From positions 14,694,001-14,758,000 of the forward strand of contig OZ316776.1 in NCBI GenBank assembly GCA_973851085.1: a DNA stretch of 64,000 nucleotides, in the 5' to 3' direction. The notes under the pieces are model-generated. The model did no database searches. It was not told the DNA's origin and was given only the letters and a program-made list of their open reading frames with translations. Shown here in pieces: positions 1 through 12,283 of this stretch. Position 1 is the first letter of the stretch; every line of letters begins with the position of its first letter. A program made the translations under genes and the position numbers. Source of the DNA: Ptychomitrium polyphyllum. Its lineage: Eukaryota.

Positions 1-3000
1 GTGCTAATAACTCCCAGCCAAGACTTTTATTATTAAAATGTTCCAGTCTAAGACTTGATCTTGATTAAGTCCTTCAAAACATCTTCCAAACAGGATCTTA
101 GGTCATCCAAGAGTAAGTCTTCTAATTTTTAACAAGATGACTAGAGCTTGAGTATCTAAATCAAGACTAGAATGTGAAGCGCAACTAGCCAATACTTCTG
201 TAAAAGGTTGCACTTGACATTGGAATGTCTCTCTCATATCTTATAGATGATCCTCCAATATACAAGGTTGAAAAAATTGAATTGGTTCAACAGATGTTGC
301 TACTGAAGAAGGCACTGCCAATTGCTCTTCCCACATATCCATGATAACACAAAGATTTGATATACTAGCTAGGATCTGAAGATGATCTATCTTGGAAACA
401 ATGTTGCATACAATTAGAGGTTTGAATATTTCTCCTCCCTTCTAGTACTTGTCTATGGAAAAAACTTCTCCGTGAAGCTAACAACTATTGATAATACGTC
501 ATTATTGACCTAGTTTATGAGGATATCTTTGATGAAATTTCCATACCTTATTAAATGTGTTTGTTATGTTCATTGAAAGTTCCATGTTTGATCATTGATG
601 CCATATTCTTGCCAATGTATAAGATAATCGAGACTTCCATTCTTGATGCATAAATCTAAGATCTCTTCAATTTCATTTTTTGTTTCATTATTGATTTCCA
701 CCATATGAGGCAAAGGGACAATTGTCCCAGGTATACATAACTTGTTGTAGATTTTTAACAACAATACGCAGAATACTAGATGAATTTGCATGGTTGGTGG
801 TAGTTTGAGGTGATAACTGACAAGATTTGCTGATTTTAAATGGTCCCAGCCTTTCATAGTCCAGCTTTTTGGATAGTCTTTTTGTTTTTATGTTTTGTTG
901 TAAGAGCCATACGCTATTTTCAACCTTGAACTTTGGATGGTCCTTTTGATGACAATCTGCATAAGTTTTGTAATAATCTTGAGCTTGTTGTAGATGGAAA
1001 GCAAGTTCTTGGTGGATTTTAGCAAGTTGAGTTGCAAAATCTTCTACTGCAGGACTTCCAACATACTTGGCTTGAAATGGGTTTGCTTGAAGATGATGGT
1101 TGCAATTTGCAAAGAATGGACTTTGAATTATTGAAGAATGCATCATATTGTTGTAAGTAAACTCTGCCAAAGGCAAGAGGTCCATCTAGTTGTTTTGCTG
1201 GTAATTTATGCTACATCAAAGGTACTACTCCAAAATTTTATTCACACATTTGGTTTGACCACCAGTTTATAGATGGCGTGCTGAAGAAAGGTTGATCTTC
1301 ATGCGCAATAGCTCAGAGAGAGTCATCAAAAAGTTGAAAATAAACAACGGCCCTTAATTGGATACAATATCATATAATAGTCCATGTATGCGGTAGACAT
1401 AATTTAGGAACAACTTACTAGTTTCTTCTCCCATTATCGTCTTTGTTGCATGGAATGAAATGTGCCATCTTGGTTATCAATCCACCACTACCAAAATAGG
1501 ATCATTAGAATCAAAATATGGAAGGTTTGTGATAAAATTCATTGATAATGACAACCATGCATTTTTAGGCATTGAAAGCGGATGGAAGAGGTTATGGGGT
1601 TGGTGTCATGGAACCTTACCTTTGACCATATGTTGCATAATCAAACAAACTCCTTCACATATTTCCACATTTGTAGCCACCAATAGTCTCTAGCAATCAT
1701 CTCTATTGTTTCATTGAATTTCCTACTGTTGGAAAATCATGACAAACTTGAAGGATCTTCAATTGCATGGAATCTAGAGGTGGTACAAATATCTTTTATA
1801 ATAAAGTGGGCCCTCTTGGAATTCAAAGTCCTCATCGCTATTTCAAGGATCTCCATTGTTTTTGAGGTGCCTCCTAAAATTTGAAACAAAGACATTATTC
1901 TTCAAGGCCCTCCAAATTTTGTCACGATGGAATATTGTTGTGATAATTATTACTTTTGTTTGAAGATTTTGTGGCTTCAATAAAACAATAATTTCTTGAC
2001 CAAAACATCATCTTGAGGTTGAGGAAATAAACAAGATCTTTGAAATAAAGCTTCTGGCTTACCTTATAAACTACCAAGTTGATAGATAATGACAAAGTTG
2101 AATCTTGCTTGATAGCAATTCAAAAAGCACGTACTCATGAAATATTGCAAGGTCTTGTGGTCTATGTATATCGTAACGATATGTTGAGCTCCATCTAATA
2201 AATGTCACCATTCTTCAAACACCTTCACAATTGCAAGTAACTCTTTATCATGTATATTATAGATGATTTTTGCCGCTAAAAACTTCTTTGAATGAAAGGC
2301 ATTAGGATGGAATCTCCCATCTTCATCATATTGTGAGAATACTGAACCAAGCGCAAAATCTGAAGCATCCACTTCCAAATAGAAAGGCTTTGATGGATTT
2401 GGATGAATAAGGATTGGAGCCGATGTAAATGGCTTCTTAAAACCTTGAAATGTTTTTTCTGCCTCTTCATTCCAAATGAATTTTTGCTTCCCCGTAAGTC
2501 GTGACAATGGTGCTGCAATCTTGGAATAGTCCTTGATTAATATCTTGTAGAAGTTTGTAAATCCCAAGAAACATCAAACATTTCAAATTGATCTTTGTGT
2601 GCTCCACTCCATAATAATGCTCATTTTCTTCTCATCCATATGGATTCTTCTTTTGGAAATGATGTAGCCTAAAAATTCAACTGAGGATTCATGGAAAAGG
2701 CACTTCTCTAGTTTGGCATATAATCCTCGCAGGCAAGGTTTTTCTAAGACCACTAGCACATGACATTCATGTTCTTCTTCTTTGTTTGAATATATCAAAA
2801 TGTCATCCAAGTAAATGATTACAAAATCATCAAAGTGTTCATAGAAGATATCATTCACCATGTGTCGGAAGATTGTAAAGGCATTAGTAAGGCCAAAAGG
2901 TATGACATTCTATTCAAAATGCTCATATATGGATCGAAAGGCTATTTCGCGTTTGCCTCCTTCTTTAATGCGTACAAGATTATAGGCTTTTCTAAAATCA

Positions 3001-4692
3001 ATCTTTGTGATTATCTTTGCTTGGTTTAGTTGCTACAGGAGTCTTGAAATTAATGGTAATAGATAGCAATTCTTCTTGGTTACTTTATTGAGGCCTTGAT
3101 AGTCTACGCACATACATTCTTGTAGAGAAAAAGCCTTGCTTTGAGAAAACACCGCGCTTCTAGCTGCTACTAATTCTTCAATAATTTGATAAGATGGTGT
3201 TATAATTGAAGTCAATTATGTGCAACAGTTTGTTTATCATACTTTACATACTTTGTAAAAAGTTCACAATCCAAATCCAAACTGTGACTATGTACTGCCT
3301 TCGAAATCTTGCTTACAAATTTGTCCATATTTCCTAATTTCAAAGTTTAATGGCTCTAGTATTTTTGCACTATGTGCTAAAGGCATGTGGAAAATCACAT
3401 TAAGAGTTTCATAATCATAACCGTTATATTCATTAAGATAAATGCAATCATAGCTCTCATCCTTCTCACCACACTCCCCTCACTTTACCACCTTATAACT
3501 TCTATTCTACCATGAAACTAGATTCCAAAATTTGTACACACACAATTTATTTTATATTAAATATTTCGCCAATCTATCAACCCTAGAAACCACTCCAATC
3601 CTCTTTTATAGCCAAAATATATAATCCCAACTCTATTGTATATTGCCTTCTAAAATCCAGTTACATATTCTTCTATAGCTCCTACTACAAAAGCCTTTTT
3701 TCCTCAAATTCATACACTATACACTGTCATTTTAAAGTAATTAGAATACTATCCTTCAAATTTTATTTTTGAAAACCGTTTGTACAAGTATTTATAAGCA
3801 CTCAAAGCAGCTGCTCTCAAAACTCAAGACAATTGGACCAATTTTATTCAAATTAGTGCCACGGTCACATAACAATTCCAAATGGAGAGTGTGATGGCAT
3901 TATAAAAATCCTACAAATAAAAAAAAAAATCCAACAAAATTCTACTTAAAATAAGAAGTGTTTTGTGAGCTATCATCCAAAAAAAGGTTGCCTTTTTATT
4001 CTAATAGGAGAGGTCTATGGAGAAGAAGAGGGCGGTGGTCAAACCGCCGCATTTGCCTCTTATCATTCCACATTAGCTTTATTTCTCTACATCAGCCTTT
4101 AATCTCCATTATCAAATCCTAATCTAATCATATCTTTAAATAAAAAACAATATAAATCCTTTTATTTTGCTTTTCTTTCTTTTCTTTTCTTTAGTTGAAA
4201 CTTCTAGGTTCCAACTACAAAGAAAATAAAATCAACCTTGGCAAATCTAAAATGTAGGCTCTCCTATGATCAATCTTGATGAATATCTTTAATTGGCCGA
4301 ATTGCTATAGGAGTCCTGAAACTAATGTTGATAAATTACAACTCTTCTTGATTACTTTATTGAGGCCTCGATAGTCCACACACATATGTAATGATCCATC
4401 TTTCCTCTTTACAAATAGAATGGGTGTTCCAACACGTGATTTTAAGTATTAGATGAAGCCATTTCCAAATTTTTCATCAATATATTCTCTTAAAGCAATC
4501 AATTCAATTTATGATACGTTATAAATAGGTCCAAAAGGTGGTTGGGCTCTTTCCAAGGGCAGAATTAAAAGGCCGATGCCTTGGAAATTTGTCCGCATTC
4601 TTCTTTTCAATAATGTCTTTATAATTTAAGTATGAATGACATATGCCTAGATTAGTCTCTGGTATAGAGGTAGACATTGGCGTGGCATAAAT
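1..4692 (-). mobile_element. Decayed family A Gypsy/chromovirus internal region (3' region, chromodomain-integrase, RNase H, RT); 3' part of the outermost host element
   Basis: Minus-strand ORF fragments: [11 protein letters not shown] (RT, 2583-2861), LEVDASDFALG (RNase H, 2205-2567), integrase/chromodomain (570-1185). Many stops and frameshifts; interrupted by ~1.2 kb of unrelated DNA at ~3117-4345. Confidence 0.9.
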
Positions 4693-6247
4693 TGTCATGA
4701 ACATAGATCATGCAACATAGTCTTTAGAACATTCTAAAACCTTCTAATATATTGTAATAGCTTCTTAAAATACTCTTAAATGTCTCCATACCCTTTACAT
4801 ATTTTTAGGAAACTTCTTAGGAAAGGTCCTCAATTTGAGGAAACTTCCAAAGAAGGTTCTATCATTTTGAATTACTTCATAGGAAAATTCCTACAAAAGC
4901 TCCTCCACCTTAAGAAAAATCCTAGAAAAAATTCTACCGCTTTAGGAAACTTCCTAAGAAGGTTCCGCTACTTTTGAAAACTTCCAAAAGAGGTTCCAAC
5001 TCCTTGGAAGCTTCTTAGGAAGGTTCCAACATCTTACAAAACTTCTTGGAAAGACTCCCTTTATTCCTAAATAATTCATAAGCCTTATAAATAGCTTCTT
5101 TAAAAGTATCATAGGAGGTGTAAACATCATAAAAAAAAAAGGAGGCAAGACAAGGTACTCCTTAGTCTTGCCAATACAAGTGGTGGATCATCTTGAATCT
5201 TGTCTTGTTCGAATCATTGTATCAAGTTCTTGTTAATCATGAGCTCCTTGGAAGCTAATTTTTGAGTGACACTTCCTTTCTGCTTCTTGTTTCTTACGTT
5301 CCTAACTATTTGGCAAGATTTCTTTTCATCTTCGTCAGAGTAAAGGTTCTTTGAAGCAAATTGTGGATTATCCATCATCTTTAGGATTTCATAGCGTCTT
5401 AGAAGTTGCAAATTACCCTCCTCTAAGCTAGAACCATAAGAGTTGGTTTCTCCTTCTAGAACCAAGTATTATTTCTTTCAAAGGACGTGGATTATCCTCC
5501 TTTGAAGGTATTCATAGTCTTCTTAGCATTTACAGTCTTGAGAAATGGATAACAAGCTTGGAATATTACAGAATAGGTTTGAAACTATTGCAGACCTTCA
5601 AGAGTTATTAAACACAATTCAAACAAAACTTGCCCGCGTCAAGACCACCAACAATGTGGAGCAACATACTCGGCAAGCTGAAGAATCCAATGGTAATATT
5701 CAAAGCCTATATCAAGAGATTGTTTGATTGCGAGAGGCCAATATTGAAAGAGAAGGCTTCCGTCGAACCCATGCAGAGCCAAAGATTAGCATGCCAGACA
5801 AGTTCGATGAATCAAGATCAAAGTTGAGAGGCTCCGTTCAACGAGTAAGGTTCTTCCTTAGTTTGCATCAATCTCCCTATCCTGATGGCACAACTCAAGT
5901 GGGATTTGTGGCCACTCTTTTATCAAACAATGCGCTATTGCAGTTTGCACCCTTAATGGAGAAGCAGTCACCATTATTGAACAACTTAGATGCTTTCATA
6001 GAAGCATTGCGTCTACCTTTGGAAACACCGACCAAGAGAGGGTGGCTTAAACAAGGATCCAAAGTCTACAACAAGGACAATGCTCAGCTGCTACATATAT
6101 TGCAAAGTTTCAACAATTAGCTTGCGACTTTGATTGGAATGATAAGGCCTTGATAACACGATTCCGATAGAGCTTAAGAGAAAATGTGAAGGACTTGCTA
6201 CTCACAATGCCAAGAGTTGAAACATTGAACGAATTCATCACTCAAGC

Positions 6248-6892
6248 TGTCACGGACATAAATCATGCAACATAGTTCTTAGAACATTCTAGAACCTTCT
6301 AGTATACTGAAATAGTTTCTTAGAATACTTTTAGATGTCTCCATAGCCTTTGTTATATTTTTAGGAAGCTTCCCAGGAAAGTTCCTCCACCTTAGGAAAC
6401 TTCCTAGGAAGGTTCTATCATCTTAGGTTACTTCCTAGGAAACTTCCTAGGAAGCTTCCATCACCTTAGGAAACTTCCTAGGAAGGTTCTACCTCTTTAT
6501 GAAACTTCCTAAGAAGGTTCTGCTACCTTAGGAAACTTCCAAGGAAGGTTCCAACTCCTTGGAAGCTTCCAAAGAAGGTTCCAATTCCTTGGAAGCTATT
6601 TAGGAAGGTTCCAACATCTTAGGAAACTTCTTGGAAAGGTTCCTTAGACTTCCAGAACATTCTTAAGCCTTGTAGGAAGCTTCTTTAGAAGTATCATAGG
6701 AGATACAAACGTCCTAGTATAAATAGGATGCAAGACAAGGTATTCCTTAGTCTTGCCAACACAAGTTGTGGATCATCTTGAATCCTACCTTGTTCTAGTC
6801 TTTGTATCAACATCTTGTTAATCATTAGCTTTTTGGAAGCTAATTCTTGGGAAACAGTTCGTTTCTGCTTCTTGTTTCTTGTGTCCCTAACA
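6248..6892 (+). repeat. 5' LTR of inner element (645 bp)
   Basis: TGTCACGGAC...CCCTAACA; internal TTCCTAGGAA-rich tandem array; TATAAAT at 6718-6724. Confidence 0.95.
6281..6300 (+). promoter_or_regulatory. Perfect 4-unit heat-shock element in LTR U3
   Basis: aGAAc aTTCt aGAAc cTTCt; also present at 12317-12336, 45983-46002 and in minus-strand LTRs. Confidence 0.55.
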
Positions 6893-6894
6893 GT

Positions 6895-6906
6895 TTGGCA
6901 AGACTA
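6895..6906 (+). promoter_or_regulatory. Primer-binding site, self-priming type
   Basis: TTGGCAAGACTA is the exact reverse complement of TAGTCTTGCCAA (6748-6759), which lies ~30 nt downstream of the LTR TATA box. Confidence 0.75.
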
Positions 6907-7127
6907 CTTTTCATCTTTGTCAGAGCTAAGGTTCTTTGAAGGAGATTGTGGATTACCCATCTTCTTTAGGATTCCATAGCGTCTTAGAGGTTGCGGATTA
7001 TCATCCTCTAAGCTGGCACCATAGAGTTGGTTTCTCCTTCTAGAATCAAGTATTACTTCTTTCAAAGTACGTGGATTTCCTCCCTTGAAGATACTCATAC
7101 TCTTTCTGTCTTTGAGAGTCTTAAGAA

Positions 7128-8147
7128 ATGGATAACGTGCCTGGAACATCAGAGAATAAGTTTGCAACTATTGCAGACCTTCAAGAATTATTAAACACAG
7201 TTTGAACAAAACTTGCCTGTTTTAATACCACCAACAATTTGGAGCAACACACTCGGCAAACTGAAGAATCCAATGCTGATATTCAAAGCCTATATCAAGA
7301 GGTTGTTCGATTGCGAGAGGCCAATATTGGAAGAGAAGGTTTCCGTCAAACCCACTCAGAGCCAAAGATTAGTATGCCAGACAAGTTTGATGGATCAAGA
7401 TCGAAATTAAGAGGCTTTGTTCAACAAGTAAGACTCTTCCTTAGTTTGCATCAATCTCGCTAATCAAATGGCATTACTCAAGTGAGATTTGTGGCCACTC
7501 TTTTATCAAACAATGCACTATCATGGTTTGCACCACTAATGGAGAAGCAGTCACCATTATTGAACAACTTAGATGCTTTCATAGAAGCATTGACATCTAC
7601 TTTTGGAGACACCGACCGAGAGAGGGTGGCTAAGACAAGGATCCAGAGTCTCCAACAAGGGCAGCGCTCAGCTGCTACATATGCTGCAGAGTTTCGACAA
7701 TTAGCTTGCGACCTTGATTGGAATGATAAAGCCTTGGTCACAAGATTTCGATGGGGCTTAAGAGAGAATGTCAAAGATTTGCTACTCACATTGCCAAGAG
7801 TTGAAACATTGGACGAATTCATCACTCAGGCAATAGCATGTGACAACAGACTATTTGAGAGGCGCCAAGAACAACGCTTGGGATGGCGACCAGTACATCA
7901 AAGCATGAGTACCACTTCTTCAAGAGTATCTGAAAGTTGACCGCAAGGACCAGAACCTATGCAAATTGATGCTGCCCAATTCAGACGCTTGACTCCAGAA
8001 GAAAAAGAAAGGTGTCGAAGAGAAAACCTCTGCTTGTGTTGTGGCAAGTCTGGACATAAAGTGCGCGACTGCCAAATCAAAGGATCTGCTTTTAAGGCTC
8101 AAAGTACAATGGTAGAGTTGGAAAATGAGGCTGTCCAGTCACAGTAG
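7128..8147 (+). pseudogene. gag: Retrotransposon gag (capsid + zinc knuckle), with three in-frame stops
   Basis: One frame from ATG 7128: PKISMPDKFDGSRSKLRGF, YAAEFRQLACDLDWND, EPMQID, CLCCGKSGHKVRDC knuckle; ends at TAG 8145-8147. Confidence 0.92.
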
Positions 8148-11100
8148 GGACCATGCGATTGGACACCACAAGGAAACCACCATCAAATCAAGGTCTCTTA
8201 CTACCTTCAAATCCTACCTCTTGTTTTACATTTCCTATCAAAATTAAATTGTTAGATGATGAAATAATTAGCGAGGCTCTCTTAGACACTGGTGCAACGG
8301 CATGTTTTATGGACAAGGATTTTGCAACCAAACATCACATGGTGCTTGTGAAGAAAAAATATCCCGCACTTGTTGAAATTATTGATGGACGATCTCTTGC
8401 GTCTGGCAACGTTATTGAAGAAACTCAACCATTGGAGGTTATTTTAGGAGACCAGGCATTTAAGATTATCTTCAACATTATTCAATGCCGAACGAATCCT
8501 ATTGTTTTGGGCCTTCCTTGGTTTAAATTACATAATCCAGACATTGACTGGCGCTCACGAAGTGTGGTCTCAAGGAAAAGACGTCAAGGTACGAGAAATC
8601 TTGGACCATCGTTTATTGGAGCTAAGGCATTTATGAGAGCGGCGAAGGATGAACCAATCTATGCCATTTATGCCACGCGAATGTCCAGCTCTACAATAGA
8701 GACTAATCAAAACATACCTCGTCAATATCAAGATTATAAAGACGTTTTTGAGAAGAAGAATGCGGACATGTTACCAAAGCACCGGCCATACGATTGTACC
8801 ATTGAGTTGCAAGAAGGAGCCCAACCACCTTTTGGACCTATTTATAACTTATCACAAACCGAGTTGGCTGCCTTGAGAGAATATATTGATGAAAACCTTG
8901 GAAAGGGTTTCATTCAACACTCTAAATCACCAGCTGGAGCACCCATTCTATTTGTAAAGAAGAAAGATGGATCATTACGTATGTGCGTGGACTATTGAGG
9001 CCTCAATAAAGTAACAAAAAAGAATTGCTATCCATTACCATTAATCTTAGGACTCCTACAACAACTTGGCCAAGCAAAAATATTCACCAAAATTGATCTT
9101 AGAGGAGCCTACAATCTTGTACGCATCAAAGAAGGAGACGAATGGAAGACAGCTTTTCGATCTAGGTATGGTCATTTTGAATACAATGTCATGCCTTTTG
9201 GCCTTACTAATGCTCCCGCAGTCTTTCAACATATGATGAATGATATCTTCCATGAATATCTGGATGATTTTGTAGTCATCTACTTAGATGATATTTTGAT
9301 ATATTCAAAAGATGAACAAGACCACGAATGTCATGTGCAAATGGTCTTAGAAAAACTACGCCAGCAAGGATTATATGCCAAATTGGAGAAGTGCCTTTTC
9401 CATGAATCATCGGTTGAATTTTTAGGCTACATCATTTCCAAAGGAAGAATCCATATGGATAAGAAAAAAATAAGCACTGTCACGGAGTGGAGTACGCCAA
9501 GATCAATTCGAGATGTTCAATGCTTCTTGGGATTTGCAAACTTCTATAGAATATTCATCAAGAATTATTCCAAGATTGCGGCACCATTAACACATCTTAC
9601 GGGGAAGAAAAAATTCATTTGGAATGAAGAGGCGGAAAAAGCATTTCAAAGTCTTAAGAAGTCATTCACGTCGGCTCCAATTCTTATTCATCAAAATCCA
9701 TCAAAGCCTTTTTATTTGGAAGCGGATGCCTCAGATTTTGCGCTTGACTCAGTACTCTCACAATATGATGAAGACGGGAGACTTCACCTTCTTGCCTTTC
9801 GTTCAAGGAAGTTCTCAGCGGTAGAGATCAACTATGATATACATGATAAAGAACTACTTGCAGTTGTGGATGCGTTCGAAGAATGGCGACACTTATTGGA
9901 AGGAGCTCAACATACCATCACGATATACACAGACCACAAAAACTTGGAGTATTTCATGAGTGTGCGCGTTTTGAATCAACGAGCAAGGTGGAGTATGTCG
10001 CTTTCCAGATTTGACTTTGTCATTACCTATCGATCTGGTAGCTTGCAAAGTAAGCCAGATGCCTTATCTCGAAGATCTTATTTAGCTCCTCAACTTGGAA
10101 ATGATGTTTTGAATCAACAAAGAACTATTTTATTGAAGCCTGAGAATCTTCAATTGAAAGCAGCCATTATTACGACAACATCCCATTTTGACGAAATTCG
10201 GAAGGCTTTAAAGAATGACGTTTTTGTTTCAAATATAAAGAAGCGCCTCAAAGACAATAGAAATCCTTCAAATAGCGATGAGGACTTTGAATTCCAAGAG
10301 GGCCTACTTTATTATAAAGGACTTTTGTACCTACCTCCAGGTCCTTTGCGGTTGAAGATCCTTCAAGGATGTCATGATTTTCCAGCAGCAGGACATTTTG
10401 GATTCAATAAAACAATGGAATTGATTGCTAGAGACTATTGGTGGCCACAAATGTGGAAGTACGTTAAGAACTTTATTCAATCATGCGACACTTGTGCAAG
10501 AGCCAAGGTACAACGACACCAACCTCATGGTCTCCTCCATCCGCTTCCAGTGCCAAGGGGCCTATGGTTGTCTTTATCAATGGATTTTATTACGGACCTT
10601 CCAAATTCCGATTCTAAGGATTCTATTTTGGTAGTGGTGGATCGATTTACAAAAATGGCACATTTCATTCCATGCAATAAGACGGTAACGGGAGAAGAAA
10701 CTGCCAAGTTGTTCCTAAATCACGTCTACCGCATATATGAACTACCAGATGATATTGTATCTGATCGAGGGCCGCAGTTCATTTCCAACTTTTGGACGGC
10801 TTTATTCCAGCTGTTGCATGTAAAGATCAATCTTTCTTCAGCACACCATCCACAAACTGATGGCCAAACCGAACGCGTGAATCAAATTTTGGAGCAGTAC
10901 CTTCGTTGTAGCATAAACTACCAGCAAGACAACTGGATGGACCTCTTGCCTTTGGCAGAATTTGCTTACAACAATACGGTGCATTCTTCAACAACTCAAA
11001 GTCCATTCTTTGCAAACTATGGCCATCATCCTCGAACAGATCCATTTCAAGTGAAGCATGTTGGAAGTCCCGCAGCAGAGGATTTTGCAATTCAACTTGC

Positions 11101-11629
11101 TAAAATCCATCAAGAAATTACCTTCCAGTTACAACAAGCTCAAGATCGTTATAAAACTTATGCAGATCGCCATCGGAAGGACCATCCAAAGTTCAAGGTT
11201 GGAGATAGCGTATGGCTCCTATGACGAAATATACAAACAAAAAGACCATCAAAGAAGTTGGACTATCAAAGGCTTGGACCGTTTGAAATCAGCAAACAAA
11301 TAAATCCGGTTAGTTATCACCTAAAGCTACCACCAAGCATGCAAATTCATCCAGTATTCCACATATCGTTGTTGGAAACCTATAACAAATCATGTATACC
11401 AGAGAAAATTGCTCCTCCGCTTCCTCCGCTGGAAATCAATAATGAAATTAAATATGAAGTGGAAGAGATCTTAGATTCATGCATCAAGAACGGACGTGTG
11501 AAATACCTTATACATTGGCAAGGATATGGCATCAATGACCGAACATGGGAACCTTCAACGAATGTAACAAACGCATCCGAGAAGGTACGCGAATTTCATC
11601 AAAGATATCCTCAGAAACCAGGTCAGTGA
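8120..11629 (+). pseudogene. pol: Retrotransposon pol (protease, RT, RNase H, integrase, chromodomain), with in-frame stops
   Basis: Single frame, -1 relative to gag. Motifs LLDTGA, YLDD, EADASD, HHCC zinc finger, SMDFIT/VSDRG/GQTER, and YEVEEILD...WQGY...TWEP chromodomain. CGA>TGA-type stops at 8126, 8996 and 11222. Confidence 0.95.
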
Positions 11630-12228
11630 TGATGTGTCATCAGCAGCCGATAGCTTCACAGAGAAGTTTTTCCTTCGTAGACAAGTATAAGAAGGGAGGA
11701 GAGATATCCAGACCTCCAATTGTATGCAGCGTTATTTCCAAGATAGATCATTTCTAGATCTTAGCCAGTATGTCAAATCTTTGTGTTATCATGGACATGC
11801 GTGAAGAGTAGTCGGCCATGCCTTCATCAACAACAGCATCTGTTGAGCCAACTCAACTTTCTCAGCCCTCGGTAACGGAGGATCTAAGTCAAGATAAGAG
11901 AGGGACATTCCAACGTCCAGTACGACCTCGTGCAGAAGTATTGACTAGTTGCCCTTCACATTCCAGTCTTGATTCAGATACTCGCGCTCTAGTCATCTTG
12001 TTAGAAATTGGAAGAGTCATCCCTGGAGGACCCGAAATCTTGTTTGGAGGATGTTTTGAAGGACTTAATCAAGATCAGATCTTAGGATGGGACATTTCAA
12101 CAACAGAAGTCTTGGCTGGTGGCCATCGGCGTTTTTTGCAAGGACCAGTTGAGCCAGTGAACAGAAAACAACGAACAGAGTATGTTACTTCACTCCTTCG
12201 ACAAATTTTGGAATTTGTAGAAATGTGA
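11629..12228 (+). pseudogene. Accessory ORF3 downstream of pol (~199 codons when reconstructed), unknown function
   Basis: The ATG overlaps the pol stop (TGATG). Two internal TAGs correspond to CAG/CAA in other copies. The C-terminal part is open here and at 45562-45894 and 31357-31689, and is similar at protein level to 62647-62880. Confidence 0.7.
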
Positions 12229-12269
12229 CAAGCAAGCCAAGAAACCAACTCCTCATGGGACTCGTCGCT

Positions 12270-12280
12270 AAAAGGGGAGG
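12270..12280 (+). promoter_or_regulatory. Polypurine tract
   Basis: AAAAGGGGAGG, 3 nt before the 3' LTR. Confidence 0.85.
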
Positions 12281-12283
12281 TGA

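Noticed and set aside
6690..7167. Recurring antisense ORFs across the 5' UTR and LTR (e.g. 6904-7167, 5214-5465, 12626-12844, 58202-58387)
   Set aside because: Recurrence only reflects repeat copies. Starts and stops differ between copies, a TAG at the PBS splits the frame in the best-preserved element, and I saw no cross-family conservation.
8145..8155. Stop-codon readthrough at the gag TAG
   Set aside because: pol is not in the gag frame; a -1 frameshift explains the junction.
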